Part shown: piece after piece, positions 42,739 through 52,507 of the stretch
How positions within the stretch are numbered: position 1 is the stretch's first letter
How the letters are laid out: each line of letters starts with the position of its first letter
Virus record (IMG/VR): IMGVR_UViG_3300042868_011225
Coordinates: 43,007-107,006 of that record
Reading direction: 5' to 3' (one strand)
From: a virus
Length of the DNA stretch: 64,000 nucleotides
Made by a program: the position numbers and the translations under genes
The notes under the pieces: generated by a model
The model's database searches: none
What the model was told of the DNA's origin: nothing
The model's input: the letters and a program-made list of their open reading frames with translations, nothing else

Positions 42739-43086
42739 ATGGAAGAAGATATGTACAATGAAGGTATGTATGAAGAAGGTTATGGTGATGATAATGTATT
42801 AAACAAGTTAGCTCCAGAAGATAGAGAAGAGAAATTAAAAACTCAACCTGTATATTCTGAGGAAGAAGATAAAGAAGATGACTTATTTCGTAAATTTTTC
42901 ATTACTAGATTTGAAAGACAACCAGAGCAAGACCCTGGTTATTTTGAAACATGGAAAGAAAGATTAAGCAAACCTAACCCAGAAGGATACATGGATTCTA
43001 AAAGTAAAGAAGTTTGGGATATGTTAAAACGTCAAGACAGTGATAGATTTATCGATTCTGTTCCTTTTCCACCACACGGATACTAA
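42739..43086 (+). CDS. Acidic protein, possibly the -1 frameshift extension of the upstream gene
   Basis: Frame stays open upstream through the A10 run at 42706-42715. Confidence 0.65.
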   Translation: MEEDMYNEGMYEEGYGDDNVLNKLAPEDREEKLKTQPVYSEEEDKEDDLFRKFFITRFERQPEQDPGYFETWKERLSKPNPEGYMDSKSKEVWDMLKRQDSDRFIDSVPFPPHGY

Positions 43087-43096
43087 TATTATAAAT

Positions 43097-43128
43097 AAAA
43101 AAAGCTACTCATTCGGGTAGCTTTTTTT
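43097..43128 (+). terminator. Intrinsic terminator
   Basis: aaaaaagctactc-attc-gggtagcttttttt. Confidence 0.9.
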
Positions 43129-43189
43129 ATTTATAAGATATTTATTAAATGAATAATAATAATAATAATAACTTTTTAAAACAAAAACT

Positions 43190-43804
43190 ATGAGTTTATC
43201 AAAATTACAAGAAAAAATAGGTGTAACTGCTGATGGGGCTTTTGGACCTGCAACACTTAAAGCTGCAATGGCTTACTACAAATTAACACCAGCTAGGGCT
43301 GCACATTTCTTTGCACAGTGTGGACATGAAACAGGTGATTTTAAAGTATTTACTGAAAATCTTAACTACTCAGCAAAAGGATTACAAGGTATCTTTGGAA
43401 AATATTTCCCAGGGAACTTAGAAGAGTCTTATGCTCGTCAACCAGAGAAAATAGCATCTAGAGTTTATGCTTCTAGAATGGGTAATGGGGATGAAGCTTC
43501 AAAAGATGGATATAAATTCCGTGGTAGAGGTGCAATCCAATTAACTGGTAAAGATAACTATAAACAATTTTCTGAAAGTCTTAAAAGACCTGATATATTA
43601 ACAAATCCTGATATTGTAGCTACTGAATTATCTTTTGAATCTGCAAAATTTTTCTTTGACAAAAATAAATTATGGTCAATCTGTGATTTAGGAGTTAACG
43701 ATGCTTCAATATTAGCATTAACTAAAAGAGTTAACGGTGGTACACACGGTTTAGAAGATAGAGCAGCAAAAACTAAAAAGTACTACGGTTGGTTAACAGC
43801 TTAA
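43190..43804 (+). CDS. Endolysin, glycoside hydrolase family 19 with N-terminal peptidoglycan-binding motif
   Basis: LQ..IGV.ADG.FGP.T, FFAQCGHET, ENLNYS, FRGRGAIQLTGK.NY, TKRVNGG. Confidence 0.92.
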   Translation: MSLSKLQEKIGVTADGAFGPATLKAAMAYYKLTPARAAHFFAQCGHETGDFKVFTENLNYSAKGLQGIFGKYFPGNLEESYARQPEKIASRVYASRMGNGDEASKDGYKFRGRGAIQLTGKDNYKQFSESLKRPDILTNPDIVATELSFESAKFFFDKNKLWSICDLGVNDASILALTKRVNGGTHGLEDRAAKTKKYYGWLTA

Positions 43805-43853
43805 CTATTTATTTTTTGATTCTTTTAAGTATAATTATAAAAAAGAATAATTA

Positions 43854-44321
43854 ATGAATAAATTTAACAAAAGTAGTTTCTTGGGTTACATCAACAATCC
43901 AATTACCAAAGAGGATATGATGTTATTCTACAAAGAAAACAACATTAAATATGAGAAGTGCGAATTATATAGTGATTTCGCACTTTCTCTTATTATGACT
44001 ATTTTTGATACTTATATGGGTGACGATGTTACCTCGTTGGATGACCAATTCAAACACTTCGAATGGGCATGGCAAAAAACAATACTTAATTTTGTTGAAG
44101 AAGGTTTAGATTTTGAAGGTAATCTTTTATATGAATATTTCTTAGAATTTATGCTGGAAGTTTATTACCCAATAGTAAACAAGAACGAAATAACAATTGA
44201 CAAAAAAATATCTAAATTATGGTTGGATATTTTTGATTATCATAGAATTAAAACTAATTCTGATATAGATGCATTAATAGAAATCTACGCTATTTTTGAA
44301 AAATCGTTAAAAATCATATAA
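43854..44321 (+). CDS. Hypothetical protein
   Basis: 155 aa ORF with typical codon usage. Confidence 0.7.
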   Translation: MNKFNKSSFLGYINNPITKEDMMLFYKENNIKYEKCELYSDFALSLIMTIFDTYMGDDVTSLDDQFKHFEWAWQKTILNFVEEGLDFEGNLLYEYFLEFMLEVYYPIVNKNEITIDKKISKLWLDIFDYHRIKTNSDIDALIEIYAIFEKSLKII

Positions 44322-44373
44322 AAAAAACCCTTTTACTATTTAGTTTTATAAAATATGTATTAGTTTTACAATT

Positions 44374-44598
44374 ATGGGAACAAATAGATTTATGCAAATT
44401 ATGGTTATGGAGTTAACTTCAGATATTCTAAAAGCAGAAGAAGCTTTGGAAAAAACCATTAACTCTGACGATGTGTTAGATATCAAAATAATTAATGCTA
44501 AGCATCAATTAACAAACTTGTTAGTTGCTGAAAATAAATTAGCAAAATTTAATAGTATGTTTACTTCGGAAGACACAAACAATAACAATAACAATTAA
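44374..44598 (+). CDS. Hypothetical protein
   Basis: 74 aa helical ORF. Confidence 0.6.
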   Translation: MGTNRFMQIMVMELTSDILKAEEALEKTINSDDVLDIKIINAKHQLTNLLVAENKLAKFNSMFTSEDTNNNNNN

Positions 44599-44611
44599 AA
44601 AAAAAGAAAAA

Positions 44612-44782
44612 ATGGAAAATTTTAATGATTTAAAAGCATTAGTAGCTAGTATGGAAGAAGACGTAACGAAATTTTACGAAAAAGACAATAAAGCTGCAGG
44701 TGTAAGAGTTAGAAAAGCCTTACAAGAAATTAAAGGACTTGCTCAAACAATGAGAAACGAAGTTTCAGCTAAAAATAAATAA
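44612..44782 (+). CDS. Histone H1-like (Hc1-family) DNA-binding protein, absent from the ORF track
   Basis: Translates MENFNDLKALVASMEEDVTKFYEKDNKAAGVRVRKALQEIKGLAQTMRNEVSAKNK; NKAAG.R.RK is the Bacteroidota Hc1 signature. Confidence 0.88.
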   Translation: MENFNDLKALVASMEEDVTKFYEKDNKAAGVRVRKALQEIKGLAQTMRNEVSAKNK

Positions 44783-44791
44783 AAAAATATT

Positions 44792-45007
44792 ATGTTAATA
44801 GAAATATCTAATAAAATTTTGATGATTTGTTTCTTTTTGTCTTGTCTAACAACACTTAGACATGGTTATTATTTTATTCAAACATTCTTATCATCCACTG
44901 AGGAAACACCAGTTAAGTACAGAATTTCAAAAATATCTTTAATTTTATTGGGTATTTCTATTGCGTATATTTTATCAACTTTATTTACAGGTATAACACT
45001 AAAATAA
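44792..45007 (+). CDS. Small two-TM membrane protein (holin candidate)
   Basis: Two hydrophobic helices in 71 aa, about 1 kb from the endolysin. Confidence 0.5.
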   Translation: MLIEISNKILMICFFLSCLTTLRHGYYFIQTFLSSTEETPVKYRISKISLILLGISIAYILSTLFTGITLK

Positions 45008-45016
45008 AAAATAACT

Positions 45017-45787
45017 ATGAATATACAAAAGACTCTTGATTCACTTCAACCGTATGTAATTGGGATTCGATACTTAGAGGGAACTCCTTTAGTTGATGTC
45101 GTTTTTAAAGAAGGTTGGAATGTCCCAGAAGACCCAAAAATCAAAAAGATTAAGGGTAATGATGATATGAATTATTTCATGTTGTTGAGTGAAATTCCTG
45201 GTGTTGGTCTTGATGAATTATTAGCTTTTGTTGAAAAAACAATTAAGCTTAATATTGAAAGAGAAAAGAAACATGATTTACTCAAGGTTAAATTTGCTGA
45301 ATTAAAAGAAGTCTTTAAAGGGACATCTCTAGAAAAGCTTAAAAACCTAAAATTTGTATTTGGTGAAGAAGATTTGGTTCCACCATTAAATGAATTTGAT
45401 ATGGATGATTTTGATGAAGAAGAATTACTACCACAACCCCTACCACCAGAAAGTTTAGTTCCAGAAGAATATAACGTTTATGATGAATACGAAGAAGCCG
45501 AATCAACTCCAATCAGTGTTGACCATGCAGCGTATTTAGATGAAAATGGTAACCCAATTGAACTAACTGAAGATGATATGGAATTATTAGCTGAAGAAGC
45601 TAGAGCTGAAAAAAATCGTCAATACCTAGATAGTAAAAACAAAAAAACTACTACTAAAAAAATTGCAAATAAAGTGGAACTTCCACCAAAACGTAAACCA
45701 GTGCTAGAAACAACTCTTGATTACGGTGCTGATTGCGAATGTGGGCCAGATGAAGCTTGTGATAAGTGTATCGATTCAAAATACTAA
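45017..45787 (+). CDS. Hypothetical protein with acidic region and C-terminal Cys cluster
   Basis: 256 aa; ends CECGPDEACDKC. Confidence 0.7.
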   Translation: MNIQKTLDSLQPYVIGIRYLEGTPLVDVVFKEGWNVPEDPKIKKIKGNDDMNYFMLLSEIPGVGLDELLAFVEKTIKLNIEREKKHDLLKVKFAELKEVFKGTSLEKLKNLKFVFGEEDLVPPLNEFDMDDFDEEELLPQPLPPESLVPEEYNVYDEYEEAESTPISVDHAAYLDENGNPIELTEDDMELLAEEARAEKNRQYLDSKNKKTTTKKIANKVELPPKRKPVLETTLDYGADCECGPDEACDKCIDSKY

Positions 45788-45789
45788 AC

Positions 45790-45820
45790 AAAAAAAGAGC
45801 CTTTTTAAGGGCTCTTTTTT
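45790..45820. terminator. Bidirectional terminator
   Basis: aaaaaaagagccttt-tt-aagggctctttttt between convergent genes. Confidence 0.85.
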
Positions 45821-45842
45821 ATTTAAGGGTATTAGTATGTTA

Positions 45843-46175
45843 TTAATCGTTTGAAATCGATTCTAAAGCTTCCTGTAGCGTGTGGATTAACCAAACACCA
45901 CCAGTTGAAACCAAACCATTCATAAAAATCATTAACCATGGTAAAGTAATAGCACCCATAGGTGTTAAACTAGAAAAACCAAAGTAATAAAGAATACCAG
46001 ATACCGCAAATCCCATCCATGTACCTAAACACATAAAACATGTGAATAATTTGTACAAACTGTAACCACCAGTACCAAATTTTGCTAAGAAATCTCTATA
46101 TCCTTGGAATAGAGAACCATAAATTAAATTGTTACATGCTCCGTAACAAATAAGGATAAAAATAAGTGTTGTCAT
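45843..46175 (-). CDS. Membrane protein, DUF1360-like
   Basis: Three TM helices with a CFMCLGTW motif. Confidence 0.7.
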   Translation of the reverse strand: MTTLIFILICYGACNNLIYGSLFQGYRDFLAKFGTGGYSLYKLFTCFMCLGTWMGFAVSGILYYFGFSSLTPMGAITLPWLMIFMNGLVSTGGVWLIHTLQEALESISND

Positions 46176-46270
46176 AATTTTTATTCAAATATACGGTTTA
46201 TAATGCCATTTGTAAATATTTATATTGACAAAACGGTTTTTTTCCTTATATTTATAAAAAAAAATAAACT

Positions 46271-46498
46271 ATGTTAATAACAAATAAAGATGAGTTAAGC
46301 TTAGAGATTAAAGAAACTCAGAAAGAAAAAGTTTTGATGGCTCAAAACAACGATAAAAGAAAAAGAGAACTAATCACTGAGATAAAAACAGGGTTAGGTG
46401 AAGAAATTAAAAAAAATCCAGGTAGAGCCAAAATAATCAAAAAAACCAGACGTGAGAAATTCATGATATGGTTAAAGAAAATATTTACTAAATTTTAA
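46271..46498 (+). CDS. Hypothetical basic protein
   Basis: 75 aa ORF. Confidence 0.6.
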   Translation: MLITNKDELSLEIKETQKEKVLMAQNNDKRKRELITEIKTGLGEEIKKNPGRAKIIKKTRREKFMIWLKKIFTKF

Positions 46499-46499
46499 T

Positions 46500-46730
46500 A
46501 TGACATACGATAAACTAATAGAAACTGTTTCCCTAATACTAGAGAACGACAATATACACAAAGATGGGTTAACATTAACTTATGTATTAACACCTAAAAA
46601 ACATAAAACAATGAATGAACAATTATTTTATAAAACAAACCCACCAAACGTTAATATGATACTAACTGATGAATTTGAAGTTGAAATTGAAGGTATCATA
46701 ATCAAATTCATAAAAAAAGAGGAAGAATAG
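46500..46730 (+). CDS. Hypothetical protein
   Basis: 76 aa ORF. Confidence 0.65.
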   Translation: MTYDKLIETVSLILENDNIHKDGLTLTYVLTPKKHKTMNEQLFYKTNPPNVNMILTDEFEVEIEGIIIKFIKKEEE

Positions 46731-46764
46731 TTGTTAATTTAGAATCTTTACGTAACTTTGCAAA

Positions 46765-47370
46765 ATGAAAGACAATAAAATTCTAGAATATGCACCAGCA
46801 AAATACACTGATTTAGACTATATAGTAGGTTTAGATGAAGTGGGTAGAGGCTGCGGAGCTGGTCCAGTGGTTACAGCTGCGGTTATACTACCAAAAGGGT
46901 TTTCTTCTCCATTATTACGTGATTCTAAAAAACTAACCGAAAAACAACGCAACACAGCATATCAACTTATCTTAGATAATGCTATTTCTATTGTTTGTCA
47001 TGCTGGTTCAGTTACAGACATAAATGAACTTGGTATAAATGCCGCCACGTTCAAAACTATGCATAGATGTTTAGATGATTTAACCACAACACCTGAACAC
47101 ATATTAGTTGATGGAATCGTATGGGAAGAATACAATGATATTCCAGTTACAAAGGTTCCTAAGGGTGATGACACTTATATGTGTATTGCGGCAGCTGCTA
47201 TTATTGCAAAAGTAAGACGTGATGAGTATATGGTTAAGCTTCATGAATTGTATCCAATATATGATTGGGATAGCAATAAAGGGTATTTATCACCAGCACA
47301 CATTGCTTCAATTAAAGAAAATGGTGTATGTAAGTACCATAGAAATCAATACGTTAGAAATTTTATTTAA
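46765..47370 (+). CDS. rnhB: Ribonuclease HII
   Basis: GLDEVGRG..AGPV, DSKKL, LVDG, KGD, AAAAIIAKV.RD, NKGY. Confidence 0.96.
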   Translation: MKDNKILEYAPAKYTDLDYIVGLDEVGRGCGAGPVVTAAVILPKGFSSPLLRDSKKLTEKQRNTAYQLILDNAISIVCHAGSVTDINELGINAATFKTMHRCLDDLTTTPEHILVDGIVWEEYNDIPVTKVPKGDDTYMCIAAAAIIAKVRRDEYMVKLHELYPIYDWDSNKGYLSPAHIASIKENGVCKYHRNQYVRNFI

Positions 47371-47455
47371 ATTTTTTTAAAAAAAACTTGGTATTAGAAT
47401 ATAAATGTAGTAGATTTGCACTCAATTAAAAACAAAGATTAAAAAATTAAACGTT

Positions 47456-48895
47456 ATGAAAAATTCATTATTATCTGCTATGCAAACAAAAGATTCACAA
47501 ACTGAAAACGGTATGGTTACTAACTCGTCATCATTAAACCACTGTGTAGATTTATTCTTCCAGATTGGAGCAATGAGAGGAGCTGACAAAACTCGTCTTA
47601 TAAATGTGTTTACGAAAGCATTTGGAGAAAATCCATTGACTGCCATGCGTTTATTATTTTGGGCGAGAGATGTACGTGGTGGTGCTGGTGAAAGACAAAT
47701 CTTTAAAGATATTATTTCTTACTTGGCTGAAAACCGTACAGAAACTCTTGGTAAAAACTTACACCTTATTTCAGAGTTCGGTAGATGGGATGATATGTTA
47801 GTATTGTTCGGTACTCCATTGGAGAGCCAAGCATTAGCATTAATCACTGAAGCTTTGAACGCTAAAAATGGTTTAACAGCAAAATGGATGCCACGTCCAA
47901 ACGTAGCAAACCGTGATGCTAAAAGACAAGCCAACACGCTTAGAAAACACTTAGGTTTATCTCCAAAGGATTACCGTAAGTTACTTGTTGAAAACTCTAA
48001 CACAGTTGAGCAATTGATGTGTGCTAGAGAATGGTCTAAAATTGAATACTCTAAATTGCCTTCAAAAGCAATGAGTGATTTGATGAAAGCCTTTTCTAAA
48101 AACGACTTAGCTCGTTTCCAAGAATACTTGGGAAGTGTTGAAAAAGGTGAGGCTAAAATCAATGCTGGTGCTTTGTACCCATATGATGTCATCAAAAACC
48201 TTAACCAAAACAACGTGAAAGGGGCTAACGCTCAATGGAACGCATTGCCAAACTTCTTGGAGTCTAACAATGAAAGATTCCTTCCAGTTGTTGACGTTTC
48301 TGGTTCAATGTCATGTCCTGCAGGGACATCACAAACCGTTACTTGTATGGATGTAGCAATCTCATTGGGATTATACATTTCTGAAAGAAACGTAGGTGCA
48401 TTTCAAGATGCATTTATTACTTTCTCGAACAATCCACAATTACAAATCCTTAAAGGTTCTCTTTCTGAAAGATACAATCAATTGCAAAGAGCTGCATGGG
48501 ATATGTCAACCAACGTTGAAGCGGTATTCAAGTTAATCTTGAAAAAAGCTGTGGACAACAATGTTCAAGAAAGTGAAATGCCAACAATGATTCTTATCCT
48601 TTCGGATATGGAATTCAATGCTGGTACTAGAGGAAATTGGAACTCTACTGCTCAAGAAATGTTCGAAAGAATGTACGCTGAAGCAGGTTATGTGATGCCA
48701 AAAATTGTTTACTGGAATATCCATTCTAGAAGCGACTCTAACAAACCAGTTCAATTCGACAAGAATGGGACTGCGTTGGTGTCTGGATTCTCACCTTCAT
48801 TACTAACTAACTTGTTAGGTGGTAAAGAAATGACTCCATACTCAATGATGATGAATGTAATCGATTCAGAGCGTTACGCTGCGATTACAGTTTAA
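47456..48895 (+). CDS. DUF2828-type TROVE/Ro60-like protein with C-terminal vWA domain
   Basis: TENG N-terminus, LFWARDVRGGAGER, GRWDD, AKWMPR helical region; MIDAS DVSGSM...T...SDMEF; IVYWN, VSGFSP. Confidence 0.8.
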   Translation: MKNSLLSAMQTKDSQTENGMVTNSSSLNHCVDLFFQIGAMRGADKTRLINVFTKAFGENPLTAMRLLFWARDVRGGAGERQIFKDIISYLAENRTETLGKNLHLISEFGRWDDMLVLFGTPLESQALALITEALNAKNGLTAKWMPRPNVANRDAKRQANTLRKHLGLSPKDYRKLLVENSNTVEQLMCAREWSKIEYSKLPSKAMSDLMKAFSKNDLARFQEYLGSVEKGEAKINAGALYPYDVIKNLNQNNVKGANAQWNALPNFLESNNERFLPVVDVSGSMSCPAGTSQTVTCMDVAISLGLYISERNVGAFQDAFITFSNNPQLQILKGSLSERYNQLQRAAWDMSTNVEAVFKLILKKAVDNNVQESEMPTMILILSDMEFNAGTRGNWNSTAQEMFERMYAEAGYVMPKIVYWNIHSRSDSNKPVQFDKNGTALVSGFSPSLLTNLLGGKEMTPYSMMMNVIDSERYAAITV

Positions 48896-48899
48896 AAAA

Positions 48900-48959
48900 T
48901 AGTAGGTGCGTGGGCGTGTGTATACGAGTCCATGGTAAATGTGTCAAGACAGCCTGTTA
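48900..48959 (+). ncRNA. Putative three-way-junction RNA element A
   Basis: tagtaggt/gcctgtta closing stem enclosing two hairpins; GC-rich island in an intergenic region. Confidence 0.4.
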
Positions 48960-48966
48960 TAATATA

Positions 48967-49117
48967 TTTGTTCAAAAAGATAAGTGCTGCAACCAAACAC
49001 ACAAAAACAATTATCTAACTTAAGCAACGTAGGAACCCAATCCTCTAACAATTTTATTTAATGGGAAAACTTCTCAACAGGGTTATTGAAGTAAATGCCC
49101 CCCTATCTTGGAACAAA
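48967..49117 (+). ncRNA. CWGCAA end-stem RNA, copy 1
   Basis: TTTGTTC-AAA-AAGATAAG-TG-CTGCAA ... CCTATCTT-G-GAACAAA. Confidence 0.7.
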
Positions 49118-49118
49118 G

Positions 49119-49151
49119 AAAAAAGAAACTCACAGAAATGTGGGTTTTTTT
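49119..49151 (+). terminator. Intrinsic terminator closing the DUF2828 + RNA unit
   Basis: gaaactcaca-gaaa-tgtgggtttttt. Confidence 0.88.
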
Positions 49152-49212
49152 CGTTTATACCCTTTACACATAATTTTATTTTCAGTAACTTTAAATATTA
49201 AAAATAAAAACT

Positions 49213-49455
49213 ATGAAATCAATACTTATTAAAGAATCTGACAGATTATTCAGTAAAATACATAAAAACAAATATGTTCCTGTGTATTTGATTTACTTAA
49301 TTGAAAATGACGTTAAATTAGAGTGTTACAGCGAACTTGGGGCTGAAAATAAAGCAATGAGAGTAAATGAACTTATCGTGGCTAATTTCGACCTAGATAT
49401 AGCTGTAGAAGATATAATCCAAGAAGTTACATTTGAGGAATTTAAAAACAATTAA
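49213..49455 (+). CDS. Hypothetical protein
   Basis: 80 aa ORF. Confidence 0.6.
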   Translation: MKSILIKESDRLFSKIHKNKYVPVYLIYLIENDVKLECYSELGAENKAMRVNELIVANFDLDIAVEDIIQEVTFEEFKNN

Positions 49456-49458
49456 AAA

Positions 49459-49812
49459 ATGGCAGAAGAAAAACAACATCCATTAGTGCTTGTATTCTAT
49501 TTAGATATAGAATTACTTAGCAATAGAGAAATTGCACAACCATTCGTTGATATGGTTAATGACGTAATAGCACAGAAAGATGCTAACGCAATCGCATTCT
49601 TTTTACCAACACGTGGTGAAGAAAGAATAGAATGTATCAATCCAATAATCATGAAAGAAGCTGATATGGAAAAGGTTAATAAAATGATAGAGGATATCAA
49701 AGAACAGTTTTCAATAGCTGCTGAGATGGAACTTTTGGATGAAGAAATAACACCTGATGATAACCCATGTGAATGTGGTGGAAATTGCAAATGCGACAAA
49801 CAAAATGACTAA
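49459..49812 (+). CDS. Hypothetical protein with C-terminal Cys cluster
   Basis: 117 aa; ends CECGGNCKCD. Confidence 0.7.
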   Translation: MAEEKQHPLVLVFYLDIELLSNREIAQPFVDMVNDVIAQKDANAIAFFLPTRGEERIECINPIIMKEADMEKVNKMIEDIKEQFSIAAEMELLDEEITPDDNPCECGGNCKCDKQND

Positions 49813-49993
49813 CGAAAACAAAGCATTAATCTATGACGAATGTCTTAGAGAGAGTGACCATTTACAAAGAGTAAATTCAAAGATAAAATCAGAATACGCT
49901 GGGAATATCCCACCTGAACAACAATTAATTCTAGATAGAAACAACGAAAGAATTAGCTATCTAGTAAAAAGACTTGAAGGTTTATTTAGCTAA
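49805..49993 (+). CDS. Hypothetical protein
   Basis: Start moved to the ATG at 49805; coupled on both sides. Confidence 0.6.
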   Translation: MTNENKALIYDECLRESDHLQRVNSKIKSEYAGNIPPEQQLILDRNNERISYLVKRLEGLFS

Positions 49994-50667
49994 TGGAAGA
50001 AAATCAAATGGTAATTAATTATCTAGATAGATATTATAGGATTATCAATAATAAATGTATTAATGGTGAGGGTAATATTGTAACTGGTGATAAAATAGTT
50101 AAAAATATGGTTACTATATTTACTCTTTCAGAAGACGTGTGTGTAAATATAGTAAAAGAATGGGCTGAAAGAAATGGATTGGAAAAATCAGTTTCTGATG
50201 AAATAAAATGGGTTATACCAAAAAAAGTATATCCACCTGTAAATAGAGATATTAATCGACATATTGCGTATGAACCAAAGAGGCAAAATCGATTTTTGGT
50301 AAATATGCCAGAAGAATTTGAGATACAACAATGGGTAATACAAAGAGCTAGCAGACCATCAACATATATTTTAAGAGATGGTCCTGATGGATGTGAAATT
50401 CGATATGACCCAATGACATTGGTTTTTAATGACCCTATTGGTCCATCGATAGCACAAAGGTTAAATATAATTTTACGTGAAAGAGCAGCAGACCCATTTG
50501 ATTTTTCAATTGACCTGCTTGACCCAACTGGTGTTGTTGTTGAACAATGGATTTTTACTAATTGCTATTTCGAATCAATGGATTTTGGTCCTTTAGATAT
50601 GAGTGCAAATGATATTGTTACCTGTGCGGTAACAATAAGTATTGGTAATATGATTTTAAATTTTTAA
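49993..50667 (+). CDS. Protein with C-terminal T4 gp19-like tail tube domain
   Basis: YEPKRQNRF...I..ASRP...F.DPI.PS.AQ...LLDPTGVVVEQW......DFG.LD....I motifs of myophage tube proteins. Confidence 0.75.
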   Translation: MEENQMVINYLDRYYRIINNKCINGEGNIVTGDKIVKNMVTIFTLSEDVCVNIVKEWAERNGLEKSVSDEIKWVIPKKVYPPVNRDINRHIAYEPKRQNRFLVNMPEEFEIQQWVIQRASRPSTYILRDGPDGCEIRYDPMTLVFNDPIGPSIAQRLNIILRERAADPFDFSIDLLDPTGVVVEQWIFTNCYFESMDFGPLDMSANDIVTCAVTISIGNMILNF

Positions 50668-50690
50668 ACCCACTATATGTGGGTTTTTTT
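50666..50690. terminator. Bidirectional terminator
   Basis: aaacccac-tatat-gtgggtttttt between convergent genes. Confidence 0.8.
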
Positions 50691-51348
50691 ATGGTCTTGT
50701 ACTAGTACGTCTTATTTTGGTATATGGCCAGCCAGTGTTATCATGAATTACATCATACATCCTACCAATGTTAGCTGGACTAGCAGTACCCATAAACAAT
50801 AAACTCTTAATCTTTTGTTTTTTAGCAATTTTGGCTAGTGTATGGTGTAATCGTTGAGCATCTTCCAATTTCTTACAAATAACCATATCAAATTGGTCTT
50901 CGTTGTGTATTATCAATTTATTATATACAACAATTATTTGTTTAACCATTTTTTTACCATGAGCACCTATCATAAGTCTTTTTACTACTTCAGATACGTT
51001 AGGTCTATCTTTATTATTCTCTAATCCGTAAATCCAAAAAGTTTCTTCAATATTATAATCAGCTGAAGCTAGTATAGTCCAATCACCTAAAGGTTCTTCG
51101 GTATATAATTTACCGTACCCATCTCTAAGAATACGAAACGTATCACCTTCTTCGGTGATTTTAGTTACGCATATTTGATATTTTACTGGTTTCAACCCAT
51201 TAGAGTTGATGAATTTCCTAGGGAACATAATATTGTTATTTTCTTCCCTCAAAGAATGAAAATTGATGTATGCTGTTTCGCTAGTTTTGCTTCTATGTAA
51301 AGTCTTCTTATATTTACCGTTTACCAATAAAACTACTCTGAATACCAT
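50689..51348 (-). CDS. Hypothetical basic protein
   Basis: 219 aa ORF filling a gap with no + strand ORF. Confidence 0.8.
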   Translation of the reverse strand: MVFRVVLLVNGKYKKTLHRSKTSETAYINFHSLREENNNIMFPRKFINSNGLKPVKYQICVTKITEEGDTFRILRDGYGKLYTEEPLGDWTILASADYNIEETFWIYGLENNKDRPNVSEVVKRLMIGAHGKKMVKQIIVVYNKLIIHNEDQFDMVICKKLEDAQRLHHTLAKIAKKQKIKSLLFMGTASPANIGRMYDVIHDNTGWPYTKIRRTSTRP

Positions 51349-51407
51349 AATTTATTTGTTTATATCAATAATTATACGTAATATTGCAAAAATATAAATA
51401 CATTACT

Positions 51408-52451
51408 ATGAATAAAAAAGATTATTATGAAGTTTTAGGATTAAAAAAGGGTGCTAATGCCAGTGAAATCAAAAAAGCCTATAGAACTCTTGCTAAAGAA
51501 TTACACCCTGACAAAGGCGGTGATGAAAATGCATTCAAAGAAGTTAGCGAAGCATATGAGGTTTTATCGGATACTGATAAGAAAAATAGATACGACCAAT
51601 TTGGTCACGAAGATTCTGGCGGTGGTGGCGGTGGTCATGACCCATTCGGGTTCAATGCATTTCGTAATGGATTTGGTGGATTTGGTCGTCCACAACAACC
51701 AGCAGAACGCATTGGTGACAATATGAATCTGCTTATTAAATTAACACTAGAAGAAATTTATACTGGTGTTAAAAAAACTTACAAATACTCCAGAAATGGT
51801 ACTTGCACGACATGTAGTGGTCATGGGGGTACAGATATCGATGATTGTAGTACATGTAATGGTAGTGGTGTTTATACTAGGATTCTACAAACACCAATAG
51901 GTATGATGCAACAACAAATGCAATGTCCAACGTGTTCTGGTTTAGGTAAATCATACAAGGTTCAATGTGGTGTGTGTAATGGTCAAGGTACCAAACCTAC
52001 TGAAGAAACAATTGAAGTTGATATCCCATCAGGTGTAGCTGAAGGAATGACATTTGTTATGTCTGAAAAAGGACAAGGTATCAAAGGTGGTAAATGCGGT
52101 AATTTACTTATCAACATCCAAGAAATCAAACATAAACAATACCAAAGAAGTGGAAATGATTTGAAACTTAATTTAAAGGTTAATTATCCTTTGCTTATTT
52201 TAGGTGGTAAGGTTGAAGTGGAACTTATTGAAGGTACTAAAATTAGAGTTTCAGTACCAGAATATAGTGATGTTGGTGGACATTTAAGGATACAAGGTAA
52301 AGGTATGAAATTCTTAAATCAAGACCAAAGAGGTGATATACTTATTACGTTAGGTGTTGAAGTACCTAAAAATTTAGATGATGATACCAAAGCAGTTTTA
52401 ATAGATTTAAAAGAAAAACTAGAAAAAAATGTTGGTACTATAGAAAATTAG
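51408..52451 (+). CDS. dnaJ: DnaJ chaperone
   Basis: [13 protein letters not shown]-rich linker, four CxxCxGxG repeats. Confidence 0.96.
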   Translation: MNKKDYYEVLGLKKGANASEIKKAYRTLAKELHPDKGGDENAFKEVSEAYEVLSDTDKKNRYDQFGHEDSGGGGGGHDPFGFNAFRNGFGGFGRPQQPAERIGDNMNLLIKLTLEEIYTGVKKTYKYSRNGTCTTCSGHGGTDIDDCSTCNGSGVYTRILQTPIGMMQQQMQCPTCSGLGKSYKVQCGVCNGQGTKPTEETIEVDIPSGVAEGMTFVMSEKGQGIKGGKCGNLLINIQEIKHKQYQRSGNDLKLNLKVNYPLLILGGKVEVELIEGTKIRVSVPEYSDVGGHLRIQGKGMKFLNQDQRGDILITLGVEVPKNLDDDTKAVLIDLKEKLEKNVGTIEN

Positions 52452-52507
52452 TAGTAAGTTTGCTAATATTAAAAATAACAATTACTTTATAAATTAAATT
52501 AAACAAG

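Noticed and set aside
42722-42800. Readthrough of the TAG at 42722
   Set aside because: The same-frame continuation is short and unlike the protein's composition; the -1 frame is the coherent one.
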